DNA of 63,017 nucleotides, filler included, from Hausera hauseri (Eukaryota): assembly GCA_046269625.1 (NCBI GenBank). It is 13 parts of 13 records of this genome, joined end to end, with 100 filler letters (N's around TTAATTAATTAA, not from the genome) between each part and the next. Parts side by side here need not be neighbours in the genome. Positions count along the whole stretch, not along the records: positions 36,308 to 41,358 come from JBJURY010351046.1; positions 41,459 to 45,524 come from JBJURY010783646.1; positions 45,625 to 50,240 come from JBJURY010503130.1; positions 50,341 to 54,440 come from JBJURY010762540.1; 9 more parts are not named here. One strand, 5' to 3'. The stretch's first letter is position 1; every line of letters begins with the position of its first letter. The notes below the pieces were generated by a model. That model worked only from the letters and a program-made list of their open reading frames with translations, was not told the origin of the DNA and did not search any database. Shown piece by piece: positions 39,301-52,590 of this stretch. The position numbers and the translations under genes are program-made.

Positions 39301-41358
39301 ACATACCTAGATGACGTAATAATAGCATCAAAAACAGATGAAGAGCACTTAAAGGACATTGAAGATACACTCATGCAATTGGAACAAGCACGGGGCACAG
39401 ATGGGCACAGAACGCAGTGTCATACCTCGGACACATAGTTGGAGAAGGAGGATCAAAACCGGATAAATCCCTGCTAAATAAAATATCTGATTGTATGGAA
39501 CCACAGAATCAAAAAGAATTAAGACATTGGTTAGGACTATGTGTGTTTTATGCCACTTACGTGCCGGACAATTCAAAAATTAATGCGCCACTATATTGTC
39601 TACTCAAAAGAGAAACTAAATGGAGATGGATGGAAGTGGAACAAAAAACATTCAACGAAATGAAGAAAATTTTGACAAGCGAACCAGTTTTAAGATACCC
39701 TGATTTTAACCTACAATTCATCATTAAAACAGATGCAAGTAAAGAAGGTATAGGATACGAATTAGCTCAGAAACGAGAAGGCGAAGAACTAGAACATCCA
39801 GTAGCCTATGGAGGAAGCTCGTTAACAAAAGCAGAAAAAAATTACTTGGTTACCGAATTAGAAACGTTAGCCGTAAAGGAAGCACTATGACACTTTAATG
39901 TCTATGTCTATAAACAAAAGATTATAATAGTGACCGACCACAAAGCAGTTACGACATTGAAAGGACGAGCTAATAATCCAACATGTAAATTAAACCGTTG
40001 GATCGAGGAAATTTCACGATATAATATCGAATTCCAATATAAACCGGGTAACAAACACGTCGACGCCGACGCACTATCAAGGTTAAGGACAAAAACGAGT
40101 GCGATCACCATAATAAAAAACCCACAACTCGAACAAATAATTGAACAAAGAACTCTAATACTAGATAAATTACAGCAGAACAAGCTAATGTTATTCAGCA
40201 AATTATCGAGTTTGTACAAAATGACAAAATGCCAAAAGGACGACAATTGAAAAAGCATCTATAGAAACACGGACATAAATATCATGCATCGAACCAAGAT
40301 AATATCCTATATTTGCGAGCGAAAAGGAAGAAGACTAATAGTTATTCCCAATGGATTGTTCATCGAAGTACTCATGGCCGAACATGACTCATATTTAGTC
40401 GGACATATGTCTTGGAAGAAGACATTGGAAAGGATATTAAATAAATACTACTGGCCAAGTATCTATATTGATGTAAAGAAATGAGTAGGAGCGTGCAAAG
40501 TTTGCGCGACAAAACAGAAGAAAACAAAAGAGTACGTGGCAGAACTAAAACCCAAAAACGTACCAGATAGGCCCATGCAAGCCATGTCTATGGATAATGT
40601 AGAAACCTTGCCGAAAACTCACAAAAATAACAGATATATCCCAACATGCGTGGATCGACTAACGCACTTCGTTGAATTGGTGGCACTATTAGATCAAAAG
40701 GTAGAAACTTTAGCCAACGCAGTGGTAAGGAAAATTATCTCCAGATACGAACCACCAAAACAAATCCTAACGGATAGAGGAAGGAACTTCACAAGTAAAT
40801 TATTCGAAAAAATAAATAAGATATTTGAAATTGAACGATTAACCACAACCGTGAACCACCCCCTATGTAATGGAATGGTCGAGCGAATGAACAAAACAGT
40901 CATTCGTATACTATGAACAGTAGTAGCCAAAAATCAGAAGGATTGGGACGAATTCCTAGAAGGGACACAGTTCGCAATTAATACAATCCCACATCCAGCA
41001 ACAGGCTTTACACCGTTCTTTATGATGTACGGGCGAGAGGCAATCTTATCCACTGATCTAGGCGTGACACAGTAAAAAAGTAACCTCGCCGATCTACAGC
41101 AAAATTTTGCCGAAGTCTTACAGACAAGATTGCAAAAGTGTTGCAAAGTTGCATAAATATTATCACTCAAATACCAGGAACAATTTAAAAAACAATATGA
41201 TAAAAAGACTAAACCCCACAATCTGGAAAAGGGAAATTTGGTTTATATACATTACCCAGTCGCGAAAAAAGGTACGTCTTTGAAATTAACACGTGCTGGA
41301 AGAGGACCATATGAAATCATCCGCACAAGGCCAAGCACGGTCTATATTAATAAAAACG
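36308..41358 (+). mobile_element. Gypsy-type element with order Env(C-half)-PTAP linker-PR-RT-RNase H-IN, degenerate
   Basis: Env: YLENRDDYL..NDCRLYTEVMRTKLALIYTNP..QVTGEVL..CMQELPV..GIY; PTAP at 37563-37574; decayed protease (VVLGCYIL); RT RFCIDYRALN..LDLQSGYWQ..YLDD at 39304; RNase H IKTDAS..TDHKAV; integrase EHDSYLVGH..LTDRG..NGMVERMN..GPY. Confidence 0.92.
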
Positions 41359-43823
41359 NNNNNNNNNNNNNNNNNNNNNNNNNNNNNNNNNNNNNNNNNN
41401 NNTTAATTAATTAANNNNNNNNNNNNNNNNNNNNNNNNNNNNNNNNNNNNNNNNNNNNACTTACAAGATTGTGTGCACAAATACCGTGAGAAAATTTTTT
41501 TCTCATGTTCATGTTTTACATGCTACTCATTTGTGCTCACATGTCGAACATGTGTACTCACATGTCACACATGAGTGCTCACATGCTGTCCCTGTTCTAG
41601 ACAGGACACTTCCTTTACTATGGAGTGACTAATTTTGAAATTCAGTTTTCGAATTTCATTTGGCTGAATTTTGGAAAATCCAAAATTCCTAATACTCAAC
41701 ATTATTTAAACAGTCAGCAATAGAAAGACACAATTTTCTGCCACAAATCACAATTACTATTCACAAAATTTTTCAACTGCCTAATTTCTCGAAATAAATC
41801 TTTTATTGGTTCTGACGACCTTTTATATTTTTAAAAGGAATCCAGATAAATTTATTAAATTCCAGCAAACGACTACGATTAGATTCGACTTGAAGTAGAA
41901 GAATCTGAAACAGGCACAATTACCATTATACTTGATAATTCGTTACCCAACAAATAGAGAAGTCAAAAACAGAAATATCTCTTGTGAATTTTTAATCCCA
42001 TTCGTGATAATATGATAGATCAACCTCGCCACCGGCCAAAACTTCAGTTACATAAACAAAATTTAAGAAACTCACCTATTCTATCTACCAAATAACATTA
42101 GAATGGACGAGCAAAATCTTTTAAATGACCAAACAGCACGAGAAGTGGTTCCAATCACTTATGAGGACAATAACGGTAGAATTACCATATTATTATTGCT
42201 GATACATAATTGTGTTTAAATTGAGTTTTACTATTGCGTGATTAATTAAGTATTAATTAATTAATTAAGTATTTTATTAAAAATGAAAATGTAGAAAAGT
42301 GTAAAGTACTCATTTTTGTACTAATTTAATGAAATAAATATGTAAAGCTCAAAACTGATGTAAATACGGTTTTTTAGTTCTAGTTAGTCACAACACCTTT
42401 GAAAGATTCAGTTAGTTTTGACAAGGACGAAATGTTGGCTGACGGAAAATCTTTAGTATTTGTCGGTAAATACATTCGTATGAAATTCATTGTCAAACTT
42501 AACAGAGATGTAATGAACAAAGACTTCTTTATTCAAAAATGTAGCATCTGGATAATAAAACTGGATTTGGCTTCAATTCGCATCAAAAAGAAGTAAACTG
42601 CCGTCGACTGCAAAAATTAAAGATAAATTAAAGACACCGTAATTCGTTTAATATTTTCATAAAATCTATACATTTTTTAAAGTTAAAACAAAAATTTTCC
42701 AATAGAAAAATATACACATTTTATGTGGGCTAAAGTAAGCACCACATTACCCCCTCTGGCAAAGTCGATTCTGCCTGCGGGGACCCATTGGGAGTCATCT
42801 AGTTGCCAGCACATCGGTGATATTTCATCGCCGAGTATTTTGGGTTTTGTACCGCCCGCAACGAGACTGAAATAATCTCCAAACAGTCGTTCTGTGGATT
42901 TGATTTTTGGCAACACAATATCGTTAAAGCAATTTTCTAAATTTGCTGTGAGATGTTTAAACTTGCAGTCTTTCTGATTGTTTGACAAGCCCGATCCGAA
43001 ACAAACAGCAGCCGGAAAGGAAAGAGAAACCTCTTTGGACTTCGAAAAATTGGTGAGTAAGTACGTCGAGAATTGTTCAGAGAATCGTCTGCCTTTAGCA
43101 TTTTGTTCGGTGGTTGATGGAATGATAAACTGTTATTTTCACAATTGGATTCCCGAGAAAGTTTGATATTTGTTAGAAGGAAAATCGTTTGAGTTATGAG
43201 ATTTGTGAAGGGAGTCTGCTTGCGGTTCCAATGTTTCATCTTGATGTCGTAAATGATTTGATCTGACGTAAGATGAGAAAATTTCCCGGTCAAGCATCGG
43301 TTGTGTTAACTGTAACGGTAATTTCTGGACTTCCAAATATTGATTTTTGCGTTGAAAATTTCTCTAATTCCGTAGAGCTTTGCCAGGAACTGCTTAAATA
43401 GATACAAAAAAAGAGAAAGCTTTCTTTGTCGGATTCGGAAATATACTTTCCAACCATTTAGCATGGATTATAATCCATGGTACTGCAGTGCCAGAATGGT
43501 CCAAGAAAAAGGCGTGCACTGAAGATTGTAGTGTGTCCAGAAACTACTGCCCCTGCATCCAACTTTTGACACAAATTGTGGGTTCAGTTGAATTACGTAC
43601 GTATTCTGTGAGAGGAGCTTGGAAATTTTGTATCAAGTAGAAATTGTCCTTCAGGGTCGATGAATCTGACAAGGGAACCTTTTCGATCACGACCTATCGA
43701 TTTCGCTGAAAATCGGTATGAGGGTTGCCAACTGGTGCCTGTGGTGCCCACAGCGACCAGCGCCGTCTGGCCTATTTGGTTGGACACGGCCAGGCGTCCG
43801 CCGACGCCGCGTCGGGCCCATAG

Positions 43824-45260
43824 GTGGGCCCCGATCTTCCGCCTCGAGATCACGACAAAAGTTGCCAAATTGGAAATGTCCATAATGACCATTCTGACAT
43901 CCAGACATTTGTTGTGTCTAAGGAAGCATCTCTGTTAGTGGAATCAAAACGACCGATATGCATAGTCCTTAATGAATCACTAAATTTTAATTTGGTTGCA
44001 ACGGAACAGCAGAAAGTCGTCAAGGTATTGGTCAGCGCTGTCAAGTCACATATCGACGCTAAATTGGAGGATCCCATTTTGGTACATTTGCTATTGTCGC
44101 ACGAATATATTCCAAAAGAATTCACCTCGCAATCCTAATCAACATGGACGTACAACAGTCTTACATGTATGTCCATGATGATGTCATCAATAGGTGTCGT
44201 TAAACTGTCTGTCGTAAAACCTATTCAATACAGTCAGTTTTCTGCCGCTACGCAAATCGAAGAGCACACGTCACCGGCGAGTATTGACGTAAAAGTCGAA
44301 CGTCTCATAAAACATGTGTTTGTTTTCCAATTGAAATCAGCTGATCATACCGACCAATCTCGTTGCTTATCTATCGCTGTATCAATTCAAAGACCATACG
44401 ACCGTTAGTATTACCGTTTTGCCGAATTCCGCTCACGATTTCGTTAAATACGTGTTGACTCCGGATGCTCTCTGTTTCGATTCATCATCGAATATGACTA
44501 ATATCAAGAGAGGCTGCAACATGTTGCCACACTTATTGAAACCAAAACAATATGCTTCAAATTCCACCGAATTCCTTCTGACTGTCAATCGTGATAGTTA
44601 TTAGGATTTACCGGAATTGGGTTACTATGCGGATGTCGTTCTTCATCGGTCTCTTTTGAAGTCAGTTATTGCTCTGGCTTTTTCATCCTTATCATGTATT
44701 ACCCAATCTAAAGAATTTGTCGACCAATTATGCAATGATTCCGACAGTATGAATAGATCAATTTACTTTATTCTAAAGAAATCACTGTCGAAGTCATTCC
44801 TGTTTCTCTTACCTTGTGGACCTTTAGACAGTGAAATAATAAAACTTAACAGTTGGTGGAATGAAGTGATGACCAATGTCATACGGGAATCCGATGTTAT
44901 GCGGACCGGTGTAGAAAACAATTCTGTGTTAGCAAAAATTTCGTAAAATCTCCGGTTGGTTTGCCAATGCGTACAATCCGAAAATCAAGAATTTTACTTT
45001 ACTTCTATCCCGGGCGTTAGTTCCGCTAATAGACGCGATGGGTTTCATAGTGTCAGACTTGTTGCTTATAAATCATTCAGAATTGGAAACACTTACTACG
45101 TTGACGGATCTGTATCACAAATTCATAAAATCGTTTAAACAGGCGGGTAAAGTGAACAGACTGAGATTCAAAAACTCATGGAATGCATGGAAACAGTGTT
45201 ATTACCGTGACTTTTTTCGTTTTGTCATACTTTTGAAAAAGTTACATTTTTATGCTTAAA
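43824..45260 (+). pseudogene. Decayed long ORF of unknown function (weak SGNH-hydrolase-like ending)
   Basis: ORFs at 44419, 44617 and 44956 share one frame separated by single stops; contains IIKLNSWW...RRDGFH. Confidence 0.35.
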
Positions 45261-45999
45261 TTTGTGAGTAGTAAATCAGTGTAAAACGTATTAAAAATAT
45301 TTGAATAATAAATTTTAAGAAATAATGTTTTAATTTTCCAAACAATGATAATGGAATTGTCATCCATACAAAAATGTTCAAAACAGATACCATGTGTATA
45401 GTGAGAACATCTGACGAAACTAATTTTTTGACAAATTGACGTTTGTTGAGACGAAATTCACTGTCGAATAATCCATATTGTTTTGATCGATAGAAAATTG
45501 AATAGTGTTAGTTTGATTCGAATCNNNNNNNNNNNNNNNNNNNNNNNNNNNNNNNNNNNNNNNNNNNNTTAATTAATTAANNNNNNNNNNNNNNNNNNNN
45601 NNNNNNNNNNNNNNNNNNNNNNNNTTTATTTAACACAATAAAATAACTTTAAAATAAAACAGCCTCAGTTTTAGCACGTGAGTAACTGTTGTGCCCTGGG
45701 GTCCAGGGTCTTGGAAAAGGTCTGGAAAAAGTCTGGAATTTGGATTTGGCATGTCTGTAGGAACCCTGTTAAATGTCACTCATGTGTTTTATGGTTTAAA
45801 TTAGACATGGGACACTCAGACCTTGAAAAAGATTCGAGATTCGAAAACTCGAATCTTTTTATGCCTTAAATTTAATCAATGCACTGTGGTTTCTCGAAAA
45901 TTCCCTCTCTTGAAACTAACTCTCAAATTGTCTCAACAGTTCTGGACGTAGATGACCTACTGGGCGTTTCTTGCAACTAATGTCATGATATATAAATGT

Positions 46000-47600
46000 T
46001 TTATCGTGCACATAACTTCTGTTGGCTACCTGTTGAACTGCTCAGCCACACCTTCGTCTTAGCTCAGTGGTCAACTCTAACCCAAGGTACTTCTGCTAGG
46101 AAGTACATAATTCTCATTACTTTGCTAAAACTGACTGAACATAAGATTAAGCTTTGCCTCTGTTTAGTGTTCCATTCTCAGTGTTTGAGTCTAAAGATGG
46201 CTCTTTGTTCCTTTCTTTCACAGGAGTGCATTGCATCATCTCTGTATCTGTATGAATCATATTCTTCCATCCAGATCTGAATTTGGATTTTACCAATGTT
46301 TTCACTTCACTGAAGCTCATGAGCTATTGGAACTGACTGCAGGTTTGGCCAGTTTATCTGTCTTTTTATTGCCTGGAAACCACAGTGTACTGGTATCAAC
46401 TTTATTATGGTCTTGGAGAGTTGTTATCATAGTTCTCAGCTGAGTTATTATGTCTTGCATTACATTTTCTGCAGTGCTTTGAATGGCTGTTTCTGAGCCT
46501 GTGAAAATGACCATCTTCCTGTTTGCAATCTGTTGCTGCTTAATATGTGTCAGGGTAGTAATGTGGCTTTCAGCTTAGCNNNNNNNNNNGAAGTTTGTGC
46601 AGAGTTTTCCAGTAGGGACAGACAGCTTTGTTCTGGACCATCTGGGTATTTAATGAATATTCCTGAGCCTCCATTTTGTATGGCATTTTGAGCAGACCCA
46701 TCATTTATATGTGTATCCCCAAGAATTGCACAAGATGGAGATCCATGACGACCTACGCTTCCCAGCATTGCAACTGATGATGATGATGATGATATGTGTA
46801 TCCATTCGTGGGCTGAGTAGAGTTCATCAATCACTTGCAAACTGTTAGTCTTCAATATGTACTCAGGTGTCTCTTCCTTCCCTGTGATGCCAGCTGACTT
46901 TTTGTTCTTAGTTCTGTTTTTAATTCTGCAGGTTCCCAGGGTGTGATTTCTAATGTTTCACATAGGCTTTCTTAAAGATGGAGTATGTCTGCATAGAGCT
47001 AGTTCTTACACTACATGGTTTATGCTTGTCCTTTTGATTCTGTTTTTTTTTGTTTTCTGTTCTAACAATGTGTAAGGGGTGAGTGTTCAGCTGTTTACTT
47101 TTCTCAAATTGTAAAATAGCTGTTCGTCCTCATCTTCCCTCCAGAGTTACTAGTTACATTTTTTTCTCTAGTTGATGTATTGGGGATAATGTCACAATTT
47201 ATAATGTAATATGCATTGCTTGATTTTGAATCTTGTATAGTGTTCTTGTTGCTGCTGTTCATACCACAGAGGTGTATTTTAGGGTGGGTGCATTCATGTA
47301 CTGCTGTCACAGAACTTTTGAGTTAGCTCTCATGTTGTTCCTGAGAGTTTTTTCATCAGTAGCATTTTACGTGATACTTTGGCAATAGTTTTTTATGTGC
47401 TGCTTCCAAGTGAGTCTTCAGCCAAGGGTCACTTCAAGAAAAGTAAGGTTGTCTTCTGTTGGTAGATTTTGCCCTTCTATGTATATTTTGATTTTCTTTG
47501 TTTTGGGGAGAATAAGAAGAGCATTGAAAAGACTGTTTTGTTATGGTTGATATAGAAAAATGTTAGTTACATGCAAACAAGTGGTTACAATAAGATGAAA
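46000..47600 (-). mobile_element. Non-LTR retrotransposon (I-group-like) fragment with RNase H
   Basis: EWIH(I)NDGSAQNAIQNGGSGIFIKYPDG...VIFTGS..WFPGNKKTDKLAK, the RNase H motifs of RNase H-bearing LINEs; boundaries approximate. Confidence 0.75.
46719..46791 (+). mobile_element. 5'-truncated retroposon 3' end with (GAT)n tail and 12-bp TSD
   Basis: ATATGTGTATCC at 46707-46718 and 46792-46803 flanks a 73-nt insert ending in (TGA)n. Confidence 0.8.
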
Positions 47601-48599
47601 CTTGGAGACATTGTAGAAAATAGGTCTACCGTTCATCTAGTGCCAGTATTCCACCATTGTTTGCCAATCCACCCAGCAGGATGAGCCTTGTTTTACACAG
47701 AGGCACAAAGTGAGCACCAGATGTTGCTCTTCATCTTCTTGCATGGATTGTCTTTGTAAGACACTCCAGGATTTTGCTTGTTGTACCTGGAGTGCTTTTC
47801 CATGCACACAACACAGATGTGATTAGACGATGTCCCAGGGGGAATCTCTGGAAAATGATTGCCTGGGGTCATCCGTTGAGGACAAGGTTCCTTTTGTGGG
47901 TGGTGGTGGGCTGATGTCCTGTATCCACCAATAAATTTTAGGCACAGTTTCTGAATATATCTGGTGAAATAAAGTTGCTACATCCTCATTGAAATTCAGA
48001 TCTGTATTTGGTGATACAAAATTCCTTGCCCAACCTTCATCACCACCTAGATCTCCCCTATCAAATGTTTGAGGGCACACCCCTCCCCCTTTTTCTTATT
48101 ATCAATCTAGCTCTAGATCTATAAAGTTCTAGATTCTCCTCATCACTCCAGCTCTCACTGTCTGTGTCACTTGAACTGGAAACATATTCTTGATGAAATT
48201 CTAACTCCTCAGAGTCTGAATCAACCAAACTATCGACCACCTGTTGGACTGTGAAAAGCCTAGACCTACTTTGCTTTCCGGTTGAAGTGCTTGGTTCATC
48301 AGCCGCTCATTTCATTGCAAATTTTCAGAATTTTTTCACGTCAAACCACACAAAGTCAATTCAAACACACGGGGGCAGACATGTCTTCACCTTGTTGTGG
48401 CATAGCTACTGGAATGGTCATCATAATCAGGAAACAACGAGAAACACACTAATTTTCCATGGTTTCAGCATATTGTGCGCAGGATTTATTCTGACATGTA
48501 AAAATTAAACTGTTGCAGAAACATCAACAAATGTATCTGCTCTGTCTACTGAACATGATGAACGTCTGGAGTAAAGAAATCTTATGTTCCAGAAGAAAA

Positions 48600-48840
48600 T
48601 CAGAAGAAAGGCATTTATACAAAGCTGAAAGTCATGATTGTAAAACGGAAAATAAGAATAGGTTTCTGGAACATTCAAACAAACAAAGCATGGAAATTAA
48701 AACAGTTAACTACAAAGGTGACAAACTGCACCTCATGGGAATAAATGAGCGTGTGTGGGCAGGAACAGGAAGGATAAAAGCCGTAACATGAAAAGAGTTG
48801 TAAGTTCAGGAAGATGTGACCAACAGCATAGTGAAACAGA
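48600..48840 (+). mobile_element. LINE (RTE-like) AP-endonuclease N-terminal fragment
   Basis: LHLMGINERVWAGTGRI resembles the GISExRWxGxG endonuclease motif. Confidence 0.5.
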
Positions 48841-50340
48841 GTGCCTTCAGCTTTGAGGGATCTTGGGAAAGTCTTGGAATAGTTTGGGGGATTCAGAAAG
48901 GTAAACTTGGCCTTTGAATCATTTGGGGAAGATGGAAAATAATAAAATGTTTGGGATTGCCAAAAGAAACTTTTTATGCAACATTCAAAATAAAAAAAAA
49001 ACTATTTTCCGACCAATGCTGACTGTAGCAACACGATTTAAGTCCCTTTGACTACACTACACATGACTGCATTTGTTGTTTGATATATAAGGAAGTTGCT
49101 CAGTCAAGCATGGTCATTTTATGAAGGTGGTGTAAGAAAGCGTCTGAATTTATCAGTGTTTTTGTTTTATACAAAAGTGTGCTGATTTGTGCGGAATTCA
49201 AATTTTCAGTTGTATTTTTTGCTTGGGATAATTCATTGTGGAGTTTCAGATTTAAACTGTAATACAAGATGCCTGGAAAATATTTCAACAATAGTTGACT
49301 CACCAGTCCAAGCTGTGAAGAATGGAATGAAAAGATTCTGTCTGATGTTGGATCTGATCGGTGCAGAGCCTGCGGAAAAAATTAATAGATTTGCGTGACC
49401 AGAGTCGAAATGAATTTTTTGGTGGTTTTCAGGCAAGTTTAAAGCATATGTCTTTAGTAATGATGACATTTTTAAGACAAATACGTTAAATACAAGTTAT
49501 TTTGTTAAAATAGCTTTTGTAAATTCACATATTTAACACAAGAAAGCCAAGATTCTCTGCCCATGTCCAAGTCTTCTCTGCTAGCAACAGTAGGAACAGG
49601 TGGAAGCTTGGAATGGTCCCCAATTGAATGGTAGATCACTTCTAAGAGGCCACGCATTGCCTTAAAGCCTGGAGGACCTCATTCCACTTCCTAAACTCCA
49701 TCGTGACAGCAGGAAAGCTCAGCTACCCTCCTCCATAGTCATTCTTGGGACTACAACAACCCTTCTCATGCTCATCCAGAAGAGCTGATGCTCAGTGATG
49801 TGGAGATCGAACAACAATAACAATAAAGTATTTCCGTTTTCGTGGCATAATACTGTTTAGGAGCCAGTTTTCTGAGGTTCAGTATTTGGTGTGTAGCTTT
49901 GTTTTTTAATGGGAATATGCATGCTTTCAGAAATGCAAAATATATAGCCCTGGTATTTTAGCATTACTGGCCCTTTAGATAAGTATCATTCTATGATATT
50001 TTCTCAGTCTGGAAACATGGTTGTATACACAGGGCATATCCAATGGTATGACAAAATATAAAAGGCAAGAGTCCTTTAACAACTGAAACTGAAGAGAGAT
50101 AATAGATACCTGACCAAATTTCCTCATCATCATCATAAAGCAAATTATGTTGCACTGTTTTGTTAAGCATATAGCCCAGTACATCTGATTTCCACGGGAC
50201 ATTTTTCGTGTTTGCCTTTCCCAGGAAGATAAGGAGTCTTNNNNNNNNNNNNNNNNNNNNNNNNNNNNNNNNNNNNNNNNNNNNTTAATTAATTAANNNN
50301 NNNNNNNNNNNNNNNNNNNNNNNNNNNNNNNNNNNNNNNN

Positions 50341-50665
50341 GAAAAACAGATAATCAAAAATAATTGTACAGAGGATTGGATGAATAAGTGGGCACAGTCT
50401 AAAACTGGAAGGAGGCATTTTAGACACCTTACAGCCCCCAACACTGAAAATGCTATCAACAGGACTGAACGCAAGTAGCAAACACAGATCTTTAGGTTGA
50501 GAACTGGTCACTCTACATTAAATGCTCACAGAAACAGACTGGACCCACAAACTACAGCAGGATGCAGACATTGTGCACACTAAACTGAGACGGTGAAACA
50601 CCACCTGCTGTCTTGCCCTGAACTCCAGGAGCTAAGACGCACTCTACTACTTGTCAACGCTCGGT
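50341..50665 (+). mobile_element. LINE ORF2 C-terminal zinc-finger fragment
   Basis: QTQIFRLRTGHSTLNAH..GCRHC...ETVKHHLLSCP (CCHC; frameshifted). Confidence 0.8.
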
Positions 50666-50689
50666 GACTGTGTATCAAAGTCAAGACAA

Positions 50690-50730
50690 ACACACACACA
50701 TACACACACGCAAGCTCGCACACACACGCA

Positions 50731-50762
<32 letters not shown>
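50690..50762. repeat. (CA)n microsatellite, imperfect
   Basis: Visible CA run. Confidence 0.95.
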
Positions 50763-50768
<6 letters not shown>

Positions 50769-52239
50769 CATTACTTTGTATGACAATGTTCTTGTCGCCA
50801 ATACTTGCTAAAACTTTGTGTCAAAACACTGTCATAAATAAAGTAAAGGAACTGCACTCGCGCCTTAAAGACGTATAAGGGAACGCCGAGTTAGTGTCAA
50901 CATATCTCATTGACAAGTTCATTGCCAAAGTCATTGAACAAATTTTTTTTAAGACTTCCATAAAACTCTTCAGTCTATTCAGTATACATTTCAAATCTAT
51001 CCACGCGCATTGAGGTCTTCCTATCGCGTGACGTGAATTTGATTAACAGAGAAACATCAGTATTATGTCTTCTTTTCATCTGACCTTCTCCAGGTTGTTT
51101 GTCTGTCTCAGAGATTTCCACTATAAAGCATGTCTTGCAAGGCTGAATACACCTGTTGTGTGTCCTATTCATTTTGATTTCCTTTATCTGCTGACGTCCA
51201 TACCTGTGTCTTATTGTATTTTTTCTAGGAGATAGTCATTTGAAATTCTAATTCTGATAATTTCTCTGAGCCAAACTAAGATAAAATATAAAATCTTGAA
51301 ACTGAGAACTGTATTTACCCCATTAGTCTCACAACCTGTCACACACAAATTATTTTATGATTAGCCTGGGGGTTTATCAGTCATCTCTGACAGGAAAACA
51401 GGCTGGCTCACTACTATAAGAGCTCTCGAGTTGATCTTGTTAAACCACCACAAATCACCAGGCCAAGCTCTTGAGGTAGCTGACGGAAAGTACAGAAAGT
51501 GTCGTAAGTATTTCTTTTCAGTACATTTCTTTTTTTTTTTTTTAATCGTCCTTCATTTCATAAATGTTATCGGAGTTTTCTAGTTTTTATTTTCAGTCTT
51601 ATTATTGTTTCCGTGATCTTACTGTTCATCCGTGTTTGCCTTTATTTCTTCGATTCTTCGTTTTCATATCATCCTTTAGTCATCTTCGTCGTTGTCAATT
51701 ATTTTTTTACTTCTTTCTTTCTTTCCATTCATTCTATTATCCTCATAAGTGTTTTTTTTCGTCGTCTCCATCTTTTTGTGTGCAATGACCATTAACCATT
51801 AGACACAAGATTCACTCTGCGTAATGTCACTGTTTCGATCTTTTGTTTATGTCTTTTCGTATGGGAAAGATAAAATAGTCATCGGTTACTTTTTTTTTCC
51901 TTAATGAGAAAATGAAATCGCAATCCAAATATTGATGAAACTGTTAGGAGCGTTAAATTATAGTTTTCATTTATCAGTTGGTGGTAGGAACGAACATCAT
52001 TTGGAGATACGATGCCTCCCTTCCTCACCCCAGTTTACACTATAAAATACCCATAGGAATCAAAGAGAGGGTTACCACTTATGATCTTGCAACGGAGTCC
52101 ATAAGAGGTTTTAGTTTTTAATTTACGGGAAACCAACCTAACGATTTTCACAGAAATTTTCTCTCTGCATTTTCAAATACTTTCTCGAAATCTGTTTACG
52201 GCATACGGCCTGATGTTTAGTTTATTTGATTATTGAGAG

Positions 52240-52590
52240 GGCGCACAGTGGTCTCGAGGCAATGCGTCCGCCTCGAGTGCTTGAAGTATGGGTTTCAAAT
52301 TTTTATGGAAGCACGTAAGACTTTCTTCTAGATCTTCTGGTAAAAATATTACCATGATCTCTGGAAAGTGAGATCAGACGTCAGTGTACAATGTCGCACA
52401 GGTTAAAAATCCTTCGCAGGTGGATATCGAAAAAGAGTAGGCTTAACGGCCGCTACCAAGGTGAAATTCAGGTTAAACTATAGGGTCCTCGCTGGTGCAC
52501 TGAGCTGATATCCTCCTAAATGGAGGAGAACGGCGTACTTATGGATATGTACCCGTATGGGAAGATATTAACCCTTAGACTAAACTAAAA
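52240..52590 (+). mobile_element. Probable tRNA-derived SINE
   Basis: GGGCGCACAGTGGTCTCGAGGCAATGCG (A-box-like), GGGTTTCAAAT (B-box-like) and a short repeated tail (AGACTAAACTAAAACT). Confidence 0.45.

Noticed and set aside
50580-50878. Cys/Val- and His/Thr-repeat ORFs
   Set aside because: Translations of the (CA)n microsatellite.
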